A stretch of DNA of 64,000 bases from the NCBI GenBank assembly GCA_038883775.1, contig JAVZLM010000004.1, positions 113,442-177,441 on the forward strand, written 5' to 3'. Source of the stretch: Candidatus Bathyarchaeia archaeon (GTDB taxonomy: Archaea; Thermoproteota; Bathyarchaeia; Bathyarchaeales; Bathycorpusculaceae). The translations under genes and the position numbers were made by a program. Each line of letters starts with the position of its first letter. The stretch's first letter is position 1. Below the pieces are notes generated by a model that saw only the letters and a list, made by a program, of their open reading frames with translations, did no database searches and had not been told where the DNA came from. Shown here one piece after another: positions 39,894 to 50,018 of the stretch.

Positions 39894-40534
39894 CAGCAAG
39901 AGAAAAATCACCATCAGAAAGTTTGGAACATTGGGTTCCAAGAACCCGCCTCGGAAAAATGATTCAAGAAGGCAGAATCACATCCATAGAAGAAGTTTTT
40001 ATGGGCGGATTACAAATCCGCGAACCCCAAATTGTGGATGCTTTGCTTCCAGACATACAAGAAGAGGTTATAAACATAAACTTGGTTCAAAAACAGACAG
40101 ACGCAGGAGAAAAATCAAGGTTTAAGGCTATAGTGGCTGTTGGAAACAGAGATGGCTACTTAGGATTAGGCTCTGGGAAAGCAAGCCAAGTGCGAACAGC
40201 CATAGAAAAGGCAGCTGCAAATGCCCGCCTAAACCTTATTCCCGTAAGGCGGGGATGCGGAAGCTGGGAATGTGGTTGTGGAAAACCCCATTCGGTGCCC
40301 TTTCAAATTGAAGGAAAAACTGGAGGAGTAAGGATAGTGATTGTTCCGGGACCGAGGGGCTTAGGTCTTGTGGCAAGCGAAACTGCGAAGGTGATTTTGG
40401 GTCTTGCTGGAATAAAGGATTGTTGGACGAGAAGTTATGGTTCAACAAGGACTATTCCATCCTTCTCATATGCCATTTTTGATGCTTTAAAGAAAACATA
40501 CAGCCTCATAACTCCAATGGATTGGGTGAGATAG
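39890..40534 (+). CDS. rps5: 30S ribosomal protein S5
   Basis: [16 protein letters not shown] and GCGSWEC. Confidence 0.96.
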   Translation: MTAREKSPSESLEHWVPRTRLGKMIQEGRITSIEEVFMGGLQIREPQIVDALLPDIQEEVININLVQKQTDAGEKSRFKAIVAVGNRDGYLGLGSGKASQVRTAIEKAAANARLNLIPVRRGCGSWECGCGKPHSVPFQIEGKTGGVRIVIVPGPRGLGLVASETAKVILGLAGIKDCWTRSYGSTRTIPSFSYAIFDALKKTYSLITPMDWVR

Positions 40535-41023
40535 GTGAGCGAAGAGAAGCAACAACGCAAGTGCTTGGCGGTTGTGAGGGTTCGGGGAACAATAAGCGCT
40601 CCCCGCCATGTGAGAGAAACATTGCAAATGCTTAATCTAACAAGAAATAATTATGCTGTGCTTATTGATGACCGTCCATCTTTTCTCGGGATGTTAAAGA
40701 CAGCGCAAAACTTTGTTACTTGGGGTGAAGTCACAAAAGAAACCGTTAATGAACTCATAAGCGAAAGAGGAAGGCTTGCTGGAAATAAGAAGTTAACAGA
40801 CGAATACGCACAAAAGATTGGTTTTAAATCGTTAGAGGAGCTTGCAGAAGCAGTTTTTAATTGTAAAATTGAGTATTGGAAACTGCCAAAGGTGCAGCCA
40901 AAATTTAGGTTGCATCCGCCGACAAAAGGATTTAAAGGAAAAATTAAGAAGGGTTATGGTGTCGGCGGCGAATTAGGATATAGAGGCGAAAAAATCAACG
41001 AATTAATAAGGCGGATGATTTAG
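40535..41023 (+). CDS. rpl30: 50S ribosomal protein L30
   Basis: AVVRVRG, VTWGE, FRLHPP and GELGYRG. Confidence 0.96.
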   Translation: MSEEKQQRKCLAVVRVRGTISAPRHVRETLQMLNLTRNNYAVLIDDRPSFLGMLKTAQNFVTWGEVTKETVNELISERGRLAGNKKLTDEYAQKIGFKSLEELAEAVFNCKIEYWKLPKVQPKFRLHPPTKGFKGKIKKGYGVGGELGYRGEKINELIRRMI

Positions 41024-41094
41024 GCTTTTAAATTTTTTGCGATATGTTTTATAACCGCTTTTGAAATGCCATTGTATCTGAGGAGAAGGAGAAT

Positions 41095-41550
41095 TTGAGC
41101 GTTAAATGGCGGAGAAATAAAAAAGTTTCAAAAAAATTCAAAATAATTGACACCATAAATAGGGGTAAAAGCAAAAAAACTCCCCGAATATTTTCGATAA
41201 AAAAGTCGCGAATTAGAAAATGGAAGGTTCTTCCCAAAATTGAGTTTCAACAGATTTACAATGGAAGAAAATGGAGGGCGCTCGAGCCCTTAATTGATGT
41301 TTTAGAAGAAAAGGATGAAATAGTAATCGTTGCAGAAGCTAAAGGAGTTAACAAGGAAAATTTGAAAATTCAAATAGAAAATCAAAGGTTAACTTTGGCT
41401 GCTGAGGCTTTAGAGCACAGATATCGTAAAAGTTTAAATCTTCCCGCAAGAGTCATTCCAAACACTATGCGTACAAGATATAAGAATGGTGTGCTTGAAA
41501 TAAGGTTAAAAAAGGCTGTTGAAGATGTCACCGAAAGAGTAGCTGATTAA
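41095..41550 (+). CDS. Hsp20/alpha-crystallin-domain protein with very basic N-terminus
   Basis: EPLIDVLEEKDEIVIVAE..GV.KE and YKNGVLEIRLKK; AGGAG SD. Confidence 0.8.
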   Translation: MSVKWRRNKKVSKKFKIIDTINRGKSKKTPRIFSIKKSRIRKWKVLPKIEFQQIYNGRKWRALEPLIDVLEEKDEIVIVAEAKGVNKENLKIQIENQRLTLAAEALEHRYRKSLNLPARVIPNTMRTRYKNGVLEIRLKKAVEDVTERVAD

Positions 41551-41551
41551 A

Positions 41552-41989
41552 ATGCCGCATAAACTGAGAAAAATCAGAAAGAAACGCGGTTCCAGAACGG
41601 TAGGTTACGGAAGGGTGGGTCAACATAGAAAGTCAGGGTCAAAAGGAGAGCGAAAGGCTGGAAGACATAAACACTTATGGTCTTACGTTTTAAGGTATGA
41701 GCCAGAATATTTCGGCAAAAGAGGATTCACTTCGCCGAAAAGCCTCAAACAAAAACAAAAGGTCATAAACATCGGAAAACTCGAAGAGTTAGTTAAAGCC
41801 ACATCAGAAGAAAAAGAGGGCAAAATTTTCATAGACTTAGAAAGTTTGGGCTATACTAAACTTTTGGGCACGGGAAAAGTTACAAAACCGTTAATTGTGA
41901 AGGTAGCGTCATGCTCCAAATCTGCGGCTGAAAAGATAAAAGAAGCAGGCGGACAAGTTTTGATGGAAACTCAAGAAGAGGGAGAGTAA
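41552..41989 (+). CDS. rpl15: 50S ribosomal protein L15
   Basis: RGSRTVGYG, FGKRGF, KLLGTG and SAAEKIKEAGG. Confidence 0.96.
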   Translation: MPHKLRKIRKKRGSRTVGYGRVGQHRKSGSKGERKAGRHKHLWSYVLRYEPEYFGKRGFTSPKSLKQKQKVINIGKLEELVKATSEEKEGKIFIDLESLGYTKLLGTGKVTKPLIVKVASCSKSAAEKIKEAGGQVLMETQEEGE

Positions 41990-41999
41990 AGGTTAAGCC

Positions 42000-43409
42000 A
42001 TGGCTGGAAGATTCCTAAACCTTTTCAAACCTATTGCAAGAGTCGTACCGGAAATAAAGGCTCCAGAACGCAGAGTCCGATTTAACGAGAAAATCTTCTG
42101 GACAGCCATTGTATTAATAATTTATCTCATAATGTCAGAAGTCCCATTATACGGAATCCCAGCTGCAACCCAAGAAAGCTTCAGCGCCTTAAGGATAATT
42201 TGGGCATCTCACCGCGGCACCCTCATGGAGCTTGGAATAGGTCCCATAGTCACGGCGGGATTAATACTCCAGCTTCTGGTCGGCTCAGGCATGATAGAAT
42301 GCAACATGTCAAACCCAGAAGATAGAGCTCTATTCACGACAGCAAGCAAAGTTTTTTCCATAATCCTAACAGGAGTTCAAGCCTTCGCTTATATGGTTAG
42401 CGGAATGTATAGTGTTCCTTCCGCCGCAATTGCCATAATCGTTTTCCTTCAGCTTCTAGCCTCTGGAATAATTATTCTGCTTATGGATGAGCTCATTCAG
42501 AAAGGTTGGGGATTAGGAAGTGGAATAAGCCTTTTCATCATGGCTGGTGTCGCACAACAAATCGTATGGCAATGCTTTAACCCACCCACAGGCCTTTTTG
42601 TTGGCGCTTTAACGCTAGTATTAACGGGCCAGCATGATTTATCTTCGTGGATTGTGGGGAGCGGCGCATATCCATCCTTAATTGGTTTCATAGCTACAAT
42701 TTTTGCGTTTCTCGTAATAATTTATATGGAAGGCGTAAGAGTTGAACTGCCAATTTCATATGCAGGTTACAAGGGTTACCGCAGCCGATACCCAATAAAA
42801 TTGCTCTATGTTTCAAACCTTCCGGTAATTTTTGCTTCAGCTTTATTCGCTAACGTTTATCTTTTTTCACAATTATTTTGGAGCATGAACGGTCAACCTC
42901 AGCCAGGACGTAACTTTTGGCTTGACCTTTTAGGTCAATTTCGATGGAGTGAAGATCAAAGTGTTCTTGAACCAGTCGGTGGACTCGTGTATTATGTTAC
43001 AGCCCCTCATAGTCTCACGGATGCATTAGCACATCCAGATAGGGCTTTGGGTTATATGGCGATCCTTATCATTTTCTGCGTTATTTTTTCGCTTACTTGG
43101 CTTGAGGTAGGCGGATTGGGTCCATCAACAGTGGCTAAACAGCTTGTTGATGCTGGAATGCAGATTCCCGGATATAGACGTTCTGGAAAAGCTGTGGAAT
43201 CCATCCTTAAACGTTACATCCCAACAGTAACCGTTTTAGGCGGAATAATTGTGGGGTTGATTGCTGCGGTTTCAGATTTCTTTGGAGTTTTTGGTTCAGG
43301 AATGGGTATTTTGCTTTCTGTGGGAATTATTTATCAGTATTATGAGTTGTTAATGCAGGAAAGGGCAGCTGAGATGTATCCAGCTTTTAGGCGTCTATTG
43401 GGAGGCTAA
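42000..43409 (+). CDS. secY: preprotein translocase subunit SecY
   Basis: GTLMELGIGPIVT, GSGISLFI, YPIKLLYVSNLP and IPGYR. Confidence 0.97.
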   Translation: MAGRFLNLFKPIARVVPEIKAPERRVRFNEKIFWTAIVLIIYLIMSEVPLYGIPAATQESFSALRIIWASHRGTLMELGIGPIVTAGLILQLLVGSGMIECNMSNPEDRALFTTASKVFSIILTGVQAFAYMVSGMYSVPSAAIAIIVFLQLLASGIIILLMDELIQKGWGLGSGISLFIMAGVAQQIVWQCFNPPTGLFVGALTLVLTGQHDLSSWIVGSGAYPSLIGFIATIFAFLVIIYMEGVRVELPISYAGYKGYRSRYPIKLLYVSNLPVIFASALFANVYLFSQLFWSMNGQPQPGRNFWLDLLGQFRWSEDQSVLEPVGGLVYYVTAPHSLTDALAHPDRALGYMAILIIFCVIFSLTWLEVGGLGPSTVAKQLVDAGMQIPGYRRSGKAVESILKRYIPTVTVLGGIIVGLIAAVSDFFGVFGSGMGILLSVGIIYQYYELLMQERAAEMYPAFRRLLGG

Positions 43410-43503
43410 AAGGCAAATTCATAAATATTTTGAAATAATTTGTGAAAATAGTTATTAATGCGAAAATAAACAAAGAAACAATTAAAATGTTTGAGGAGAG
43501 ATT

Positions 43504-43977
43504 ATGGACTTAATCGAATTGTTGATGAAGCCAGAACCGCCTGGAGCCACTATAACAATAATGCTAATCTGTTTCGCTATTTCATTCTTAAACTCCGCAC
43601 TTAACCGTCTTTTAATTCACCGCTTTGTTGGATGGTCCCAATATAAAGAAATGCAGAAAGAAATTGCCGAATACCGTGCCCAATTGTTCCAGGCGCAGCG
43701 TACACAGGATAGGAAGCTTCTTGAGAAATTGAAAAAGAAAGAAACCCAAATTTTTAATATGCAGAAAAAAATGGCAAAACCCCAATGGATCCTTATGGGA
43801 ATTACCTCCAGCTATATTTTAATATGGTTTTTTGTGTTAGGACCCTTTTATGGTGCGCACATTGTGGCGTACATTCCTGGAATTGGACCGCAATACATAT
43901 TCATATGGTATCTTATCTGCTCCTTTCTTTTCGGGTGGACTGCATCCCGCGTGTTAGGTATTATGCCAATAGAATAA
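43504..43977 (+). CDS. EMC3/TMCO1 (DUF106, Oxa1 superfamily) membrane protein
   Basis: TM-coiled coil-TM layout, WYLICSF; position after secY. Confidence 0.85.
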   Translation: MDLIELLMKPEPPGATITIMLICFAISFLNSALNRLLIHRFVGWSQYKEMQKEIAEYRAQLFQAQRTQDRKLLEKLKKKETQIFNMQKKMAKPQWILMGITSSYILIWFFVLGPFYGAHIVAYIPGIGPQYIFIWYLICSFLFGWTASRVLGIMPIE

Positions 43978-43990
43978 AGGGAGTGAAAGA

Positions 43991-44260
43991 ATGCCGCAAC
44001 CTCACTTGCGTACAAGAAGCCGAAAACGCTTAAAAACTAAACTGCCAGGCGGAAGAGGTCAAATTCATTATAAAAAGGAAAAGACAATAGCGCCTTCATG
44101 CTTCATTTGTGGCCAACCCTTAGCTGGAACTCCACGATGTGGGTCTACGGAAATACGTAAACTTAATCGAACCAAAAGAAGAATTTGGCGTCCCTTTGGC
44201 GGACAAGTATGCCACAACTGCCTAAAAATAGCTTTAAAACAGGCTGCAAGAATAATCTAA
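43991..44260 (+). CDS. rpl34e: 50S ribosomal protein L34e
   Basis: LPGG, CFICG and RPFGGQVCHNC. Confidence 0.93.
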   Translation: MPQPHLRTRSRKRLKTKLPGGRGQIHYKKEKTIAPSCFICGQPLAGTPRCGSTEIRKLNRTKRRIWRPFGGQVCHNCLKIALKQAARII

Positions 44261-44280
44261 GCCTAAATTGAGGAAAACAG

Positions 44281-44874
44281 ATGAGCAAAAGAAAAAAGTC
44301 CATAGTCATCTGCATATGTGGAATGGCTGGAAGCGGAAAAAGCACACTAGCAAAAAAGCTTGCAGAAAAATATGGATTAAAATATTATTCTGGCGGAGAC
44401 GCACTAAAAGCCCTCGCCATCCAAGAAGGCCATAAGCCATCCCAAAGCGGATGGTGGGAAAGCGAAGAAGGAAAACGTTTTCTACAAAAGAGAGGGAAAG
44501 ACCCAAAATTTGACAAGGCTGTCGACAAAAAACTTTTGGAACTTGCAAAAAAGGGAAACGCAGTTTTGGACAGTTGGACAATGCCATGGCTTCTAAAAGA
44601 GGGCTTCAAAGTTTGGTTAGAGGCTTCTCCAGAAAAGAGGGCAAAGCGAATAGCAGTTAGAGATGGAATGGATGTTAAAGAAGCGTTTAACGCTTTAAAA
44701 AACAAGGAGGAGCGGACAAAAGTCATATACAAAAAGCTGTATGGTTTCAGTTTGGGAGAAGATTTTTCCCCCTTTCACTTGATTTTGGACACTAACTTTT
44801 TAGAGGCTGATGAAGTTTTCCAAGTTTTATGCATGGTAATCGACAATCTAATCCTCCATTCCCAGAATTATTAG
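44281..44874 (+). CDS. cmk: cytidylate kinase
   Basis: GMAGSGKST P-loop and RAKRIAVRD; position after rpl34e. Confidence 0.9.
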   Translation: MSKRKKSIVICICGMAGSGKSTLAKKLAEKYGLKYYSGGDALKALAIQEGHKPSQSGWWESEEGKRFLQKRGKDPKFDKAVDKKLLELAKKGNAVLDSWTMPWLLKEGFKVWLEASPEKRAKRIAVRDGMDVKEAFNALKNKEERTKVIYKKLYGFSLGEDFSPFHLILDTNFLEADEVFQVLCMVIDNLILHSQNY

Positions 44875-44991
44875 AACCCTCACTATGCATAAAATTATCT
44901 TAATTAAGTACACGGGTTTTTGCGCAAAATTTAAAACTATTCAGAATTATCTTCTAGATTGCTTTTCTATAATTAACCTCTAAAAACTTTA

Positions 44992-45408
44992 GTGAGGCTT
45001 GGAGAAATGGAGAAAAGCGGATGGAGAATTGATCATTTAATTTTTGGATTGCTCATCGGGACAGCGTTTTCTTCCTTGCCCCTATATTTTTTACATATTC
45101 CTTTAGAGCCCTTGGTCACGCTTATGCTTTTTAATTTCCTCTTCTCTTCTCTAATTTTTCCATTAAACGGAGCTCTCCCAAAGAAAGTATTCATCCTCGT
45201 TATTGGCGATGTTATGGGTTTAGTTTGGAATTATCTTTTTTATTTGTTTGCTTATACGGCAGCTGACACTCTGGGAAATCTTTTCAGCATTCCCTACATA
45301 ATTTTAAGTCCTTTCCTAAACCTTGTGTGGGTTGTCTCCTTTTGGGCTGTTATCCTAACATGGTTAACAACTTCTAAAGAAAAGTCGAGGGTAAAATTTG
45401 ATAGCTGA
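44992..45408 (+). CDS. hypothetical membrane protein (4 TM)
   Basis: Hydrophobic throughout; overlaps the GT2 start. Confidence 0.65.
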   Translation: MRLGEMEKSGWRIDHLIFGLLIGTAFSSLPLYFLHIPLEPLVTLMLFNFLFSSLIFPLNGALPKKVFILVIGDVMGLVWNYLFYLFAYTAADTLGNLFSIPYIILSPFLNLVWVVSFWAVILTWLTTSKEKSRVKFDS

Positions 45409-46681
45409 ACTTTTAGAAGCCCTGCTACTATTTTTAACAGTTTTGATAACTGCATACCTAATCCGCCATTACATGTTCACTTTAACAGTTCTCAAAAATC
45501 ACAAAAAGAAAAATGCCAATGGAATGGAAAATGTAGCTTATCAACCAACAGTTTCTATCCTAATTCCAGCACACAACGAAGAACAGGTGATTGGAAGAAT
45601 CCTTCAAGGAATGACTAAACTAACCTATCCCAAAGACAAGTTGCAAATAATAGTTATTGATGATGCCTCAACGGATAAAACGGGAGAAATAAGCGAGGAA
45701 TATTCGAAGTATTCTTACATCAAAGTTATACACCGAGACCCAAAAGAAGGGAAAAGGGGGAAAGCTTCAGCCTTAAACGCTGGATTTAAACATGCCAACG
45801 GAGAAATAATCCTCTGTTTTGATGCAGACTATTACCCACAAAGAGATATTGTAGAAAAACTTGTGAAGGAATTTGTGGACCCAAAAGTTGGTGCAGTGCA
45901 AGGCAGAGTTGTCGTTTTAAACGAGCCTCAAAACTTGGTGACAAGACTTGTTGCTTTAGAGAGAATAGGTGGATACTGCGTTGACCAACGAGCAAGAAAT
46001 ACTTTAGGATTAATTACACAGTTCGGCGGAACTGTTGGAGGTTTTAGGCGTGAATTGTTAGAAAACCTTGGAGGATGGGATGAATCAATTCTTGCAGAAG
46101 ACACGGACTTAACTTTTCGCGTATACCTTGCTGGTTATAAGATTAGTTATGTGAATGATGCAGAATGTTATGAAGAGGCTGTGGAGAGTTGGCGAGCCTA
46201 TTGGAGGCAAAGATATAGATGGGCTAAGGGGCACATGCAATGCGCCATAAAACATTCCTTTAAAGTTTTGAAAAGTAAAAATTTAAGTTTAAAACAGAAA
46301 ATTGACGGCTTGTTTTTATTAAACCTGTATTTCATGCCAGTTTTGGTTTTGTTTTCATGGATTATTGGAGTTTCACTGTTTTTCCTAAACTCTTCCTCAT
46401 GGCTTGGCTTATTTTGGAAATCCATCCCAATTTCCTTTTCTCTTTACAGTTTCGTTGGAAATTTCGCGCCCTTTTTTGAGGTTGGGATAGGCGCATATTT
46501 AGATGGTAGAACAAGGGCGCAGTGTCTAATCCCATTTCTAATATTTACATTTCTATACAACATACCAATTTGCACCAAAGCCCTCACAGATTTGCTTATA
46601 TCAAAAATTTTCAGAAAAAATTGCAATAATTGGACAAAAACTGTTCACTCTGGAAATGGAAACTGTTATATTTCCAGTTGA
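45398..46681 (+). CDS. processive GT2 glycosyltransferase (cellulose/glucan synthase-like)
   Basis: PAHNEE, DDASTD, GKASALN, FDAD, AEDTD and QRYRW (QxxRW), with TM segments. Confidence 0.9.
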   Translation: MIAELLEALLLFLTVLITAYLIRHYMFTLTVLKNHKKKNANGMENVAYQPTVSILIPAHNEEQVIGRILQGMTKLTYPKDKLQIIVIDDASTDKTGEISEEYSKYSYIKVIHRDPKEGKRGKASALNAGFKHANGEIILCFDADYYPQRDIVEKLVKEFVDPKVGAVQGRVVVLNEPQNLVTRLVALERIGGYCVDQRARNTLGLITQFGGTVGGFRRELLENLGGWDESILAEDTDLTFRVYLAGYKISYVNDAECYEEAVESWRAYWRQRYRWAKGHMQCAIKHSFKVLKSKNLSLKQKIDGLFLLNLYFMPVLVLFSWIIGVSLFFLNSSSWLGLFWKSIPISFSLYSFVGNFAPFFEVGIGAYLDGRTRAQCLIPFLIFTFLYNIPICTKALTDLLISKIFRKNCNNWTKTVHSGNGNCYISS

Positions 46682-46706
46682 TAGATAAATTCCAAAAAGA
46701 TAAGGT

Positions 46707-46976
46707 ATGATTCCGAATCCGACTCCAACAACGCTTATCCTGCTAACCATGGGAATTTCAACATTCATCCTCATCATGTTTTTACCCGCACTTCTCGAAC
46801 TGAAAAAGCCTAAAGACGCCGGACCCAGAATCATAATTGATAATGTCTCTGAAATGCAAACGTTATGGAAAGAACCCATACCAATAGTAGATATAGAAGA
46901 AGAGCATATTTTAGATAAGATGCTTATTAAGAAAATATTGGACGTTATCTCTGTTTTACCAAACTTAGAGGTTTAA
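46707..46976 (+). CDS. small membrane-anchored hypothetical protein
   Basis: One TM followed by FLPALLELKKPKDAGP; AAGG SD. Confidence 0.6.
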   Translation: MIPNPTPTTLILLTMGISTFILIMFLPALLELKKPKDAGPRIIIDNVSEMQTLWKEPIPIVDIEEEHILDKMLIKKILDVISVLPNLEV

Positions 46977-48018
46977 GAGGCTTTTTTCTTAAGAAAAGTC
47001 TGGCGCTTCTCCATTTTTCTCTGGCTATTTCCAAATTGCCAACCACACTGCCATGAATGGAATAAACAATATAGCAGAGATATATACACTTAGAACATTC
47101 ACTGTAAATTTTACGTAAAGCATTAAAATTCTCGCTGTTCCAGACCTCTGGCAAATCAAAAATTGACGCTATAGGTGGGTTGAGATGGCAGCTAGCAACC
47201 CGCCCTAAATGGTCTATTATGAAGAAGTTTCGGAGGGCACGACACTTCCATATTCTGTTACCATTCAAGTAAAGATTTTTTACCGCCCTTAAAGTTTTAG
47301 TTGTTATGAGGACATTACTGTTTTTCCTTTCCATATCCATAAGCGTATCACAAAGTTCAACCATAGCCTTATTATCAGCGATTAAAAACTCGTCATTTTT
47401 TCTGCCAATTTTGAAAAGCTGATCTGACTCGTCAGAGGGGTCATAAGAGTATAGGCAATACCAAATAGGAATTTCCTTTTCTAAGAAGTGTTTGGTGAAA
47501 TCCACCATTTCGTAAAGGTTGAATTGAGAGATTGTTGGCGACACGCCAACACGAATTCCATTTGCATGAAGTTTTTCGATGGTTTCCATAGCTTTTTTCC
47601 ATGATCCCTTAACGCCCTTCACGTAATCATTTTTCCTTGAATCCAAGCTGTCTAGGGAAATAGCAACAAAATCCACCGTGCGTAAAGCATCAATTTTCTC
47701 TGCTGCCATACTGCCATTATCATAAACAGTTGTTATAAAAAAGCGTGAAGCATAATCTAAAATTTCGCCTATATCCTCTCTTAAAAGCGGATTTCCCCCT
47801 GAAAAAACTATTTCAACAACGCCAAGTTGCCTAAGAATATCCAATCCTTTGAGGATTTCTTGTGTGGATAATTCTTTCTCGTCTTGTTCTTGCCAAACAT
47901 TGCATCCTCTGCAGCGATAGTTACATTTTCTTGTTATCATCCACTGCACGTGATAAGGCTTATTTGGAGCCATTGAATATCTGGCAATTCGTGCAGCCTT
48001 TTGTAGCGTTAACCCCAA
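46945..48018 (-). CDS. radical SAM protein with SPASM/twitch-like C-terminus
   Basis: CNYRCRGC, SGGNPLLR, ISLD and a C-terminal Cys set (CRA...SC...CSKC...C). Confidence 0.9.
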   Translation of the reverse strand: MGLTLQKAARIARYSMAPNKPYHVQWMITRKCNYRCRGCNVWQEQDEKELSTQEILKGLDILRQLGVVEIVFSGGNPLLREDIGEILDYASRFFITTVYDNGSMAAEKIDALRTVDFVAISLDSLDSRKNDYVKGVKGSWKKAMETIEKLHANGIRVGVSPTISQFNLYEMVDFTKHFLEKEIPIWYCLYSYDPSDESDQLFKIGRKNDEFLIADNKAMVELCDTLMDMERKNSNVLITTKTLRAVKNLYLNGNRIWKCRALRNFFIIDHLGRVASCHLNPPIASIFDLPEVWNSENFNALRKIYSECSKCIYLCYIVYSIHGSVVGNLEIAREKWRSARLFLRKKPLKPLSLVKQR

Positions 48019-48079
48019 GGAGTTTCACTTCACATTTTAGAATTTTATTGTGGATATTTTAAGTTAGCGCAAAGAAAAG

Positions 48080-48701
48080 CTAACTTTTTAGGGCAAGCCA
48101 AAGATGGTCTGAAACAGGCCTTAGCAAAGTTTGAATTTTTCCATCTTTTAGCATAATCCTATGCTCCCGCTTATTTTCCAAGAATTCACCAATAATTGAG
48201 GCATTAATATTGTTCCGTTTTAACTCTTCAATTATTTTTTTCTGCAAATTCCGGCTCCACCGAAATTAGTAAAGCTCCAGAGCTGATGAGCTGTAGTGGG
48301 TCAATTTTAAAGTATTCGCATATTTTTCTGGTTTCGAGTTGTATGGGAATTTTTTCTTCACAAACTTGAAAGCCTACCTTTGAAGCTTCTGCCATTTCGT
48401 GAATCCCACCACTTATACCCCCTTCAGTTGGATCGTGCATAGCATGGACTCCACCAGTTTTTACAGCTATTAGCGCGTCTTTAACAACGCTTATCTTGTT
48501 ATAGAATTTTTTAGCACTTTGCAGTAGGGTTGGTTCTAAGGCTCTTTTTAGTTCATCCTTTTCGGTTGCAAGGATGGCTGTCCCTTCTATTCCTACATGT
48601 TTAGTCAATATAATTTTGTCTCCGGGTTTGGCATATCCTAAATGCTTAAAAACTACCTTCTCCAAAATGTCAACTGGAATTTTCCCAAAGGGCAACTTCA
48701 T
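48080..48701 (-). pseudogene. AIR-synthase-related (HypE/PurM-like) pseudogene: internal deletion plus frameshift
   Basis: N-terminal MKLPFGKIP...FKHLG joins directly to the C-terminal domain (AKPGDKIILTK, AMHDPTEGG, DPLQLISSG). An A7 run at 48235-48241 shifts the frame; the alternate frame continues IIEELK...ASIIGEF...RPVSDHLWLALKS*. Confidence 0.82.
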
Positions 48702-48878
48702 TTTTGATTCTCCATTAAGTTAAATCATTTAATTTTAGATTTATTTATTGCATAAACTTGGCTCTTAATTTTATAATGAATCTTTCGCATTGCAACATTT
48801 GAAAGTTTAAAAGGCAAAACTAAAAGTATTTGACTAAAATAAAGACAGACAATACCACAATTAATGGAAGCTTGTTAA

Positions 48879-49991
48879 ATGTTAATCTATATAGTTACTG
48901 CTTCAATAAATCAGCTACAAAACCTGAAAACCATTAATAATGTATCCGTCAATCCTCACGAAATTAAGATCTTAGTAATAGATGAAGGCAACAATCAAAT
49001 TCGCAAAGAGAACAATAAGCTTTTATCTCATATTCCGCATGAGTTTTATGGACCTATTGAAAGAAAACAATGGTTTAAAAAGAGATTTGGACGAGCTTTC
49101 AAGAAGTATTTAAATTTGATTCCACAAAAATGTCATGCTGAGACTTCTTTTGGCTTTCTAAAAGCCTATGAAGAACACGCAACGGTTGTGCTAGAAATTG
49201 ATGATGACGTGTATGTTTCAGAGAACTTCTTAAATGAACACATAAACAATCTGTTTAGTGAAAAAGGAATAACGGTGAAATCTCAAGTAAAATGGTACAA
49301 TACTACCCAAAATCTTCATCTCAGTGCAGATCAGAAAATTTTTCCAAGAGGACATCCTTACACCTCTCCATGTAGAGATGAAGATTACGTCTGGCTTGAT
49401 GAGGGGGGAAAGTGCGTTTTGAATATGGGTTTGTGGAGTGGTCAGCCAGATTTAGATGCGTTAACTATTCTTTATCACGGCGGCTTGGATGGAAGGTGCA
49501 AAATAGAAAGTAAAGGGTGTAAAAAAGAAAAAATTGTTTTGGGGAAAGACACATATTTTGCCCTTTGCAGTATGAATACAGCATTTTTAACCAAAATTAT
49601 TCCCGCTTTTTACCAACTCTACATGAACTTCATGGGCATAGACAGGTTTGATGATATTTGGTCGGGAATATTTCTTAAAAAAATAGCAGATCGCATTGGA
49701 GATAAATTATGCCTTGGCAAACCTGTAGGTTTGCATCTTAAAAGAGCACGCAATATATTCAAAGATTTAAAAAGTGAAATTAACGGACTTGACATTAACG
49801 AGTATATTTGGAGAATATGCGATGAAGTTGAGTTCTCTGCAAAAACTTACTCCGACTGCTATGTTGAGTTGGCTGATAAAATAAAAGATAACCTTCCCAA
49901 GAAAGTGAAAGACTATAGGCAGATTAAATTTTGGGATGTGCAGACAGAAAAAATGAGAATATGGGTTGAGGTTTTAGACAAAATATCGTAG
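48879..49991 (+). CDS. reversibly glycosylated polypeptide / UDP-arabinopyranose mutase-like (GT75-like) protein
   Basis: SFGFL, EIDDD, PRGHPY, LNMGLW...PDLDA, CSMNTAF and RFDDIWSG. Confidence 0.75.
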   Translation: MLIYIVTASINQLQNLKTINNVSVNPHEIKILVIDEGNNQIRKENNKLLSHIPHEFYGPIERKQWFKKRFGRAFKKYLNLIPQKCHAETSFGFLKAYEEHATVVLEIDDDVYVSENFLNEHINNLFSEKGITVKSQVKWYNTTQNLHLSADQKIFPRGHPYTSPCRDEDYVWLDEGGKCVLNMGLWSGQPDLDALTILYHGGLDGRCKIESKGCKKEKIVLGKDTYFALCSMNTAFLTKIIPAFYQLYMNFMGIDRFDDIWSGIFLKKIADRIGDKLCLGKPVGLHLKRARNIFKDLKSEINGLDINEYIWRICDEVEFSAKTYSDCYVELADKIKDNLPKKVKDYRQIKFWDVQTEKMRIWVEVLDKIS

Positions 49992-50018
49992 TCTTATTCA
50001 GGGTTAGAGGTATCTGAG

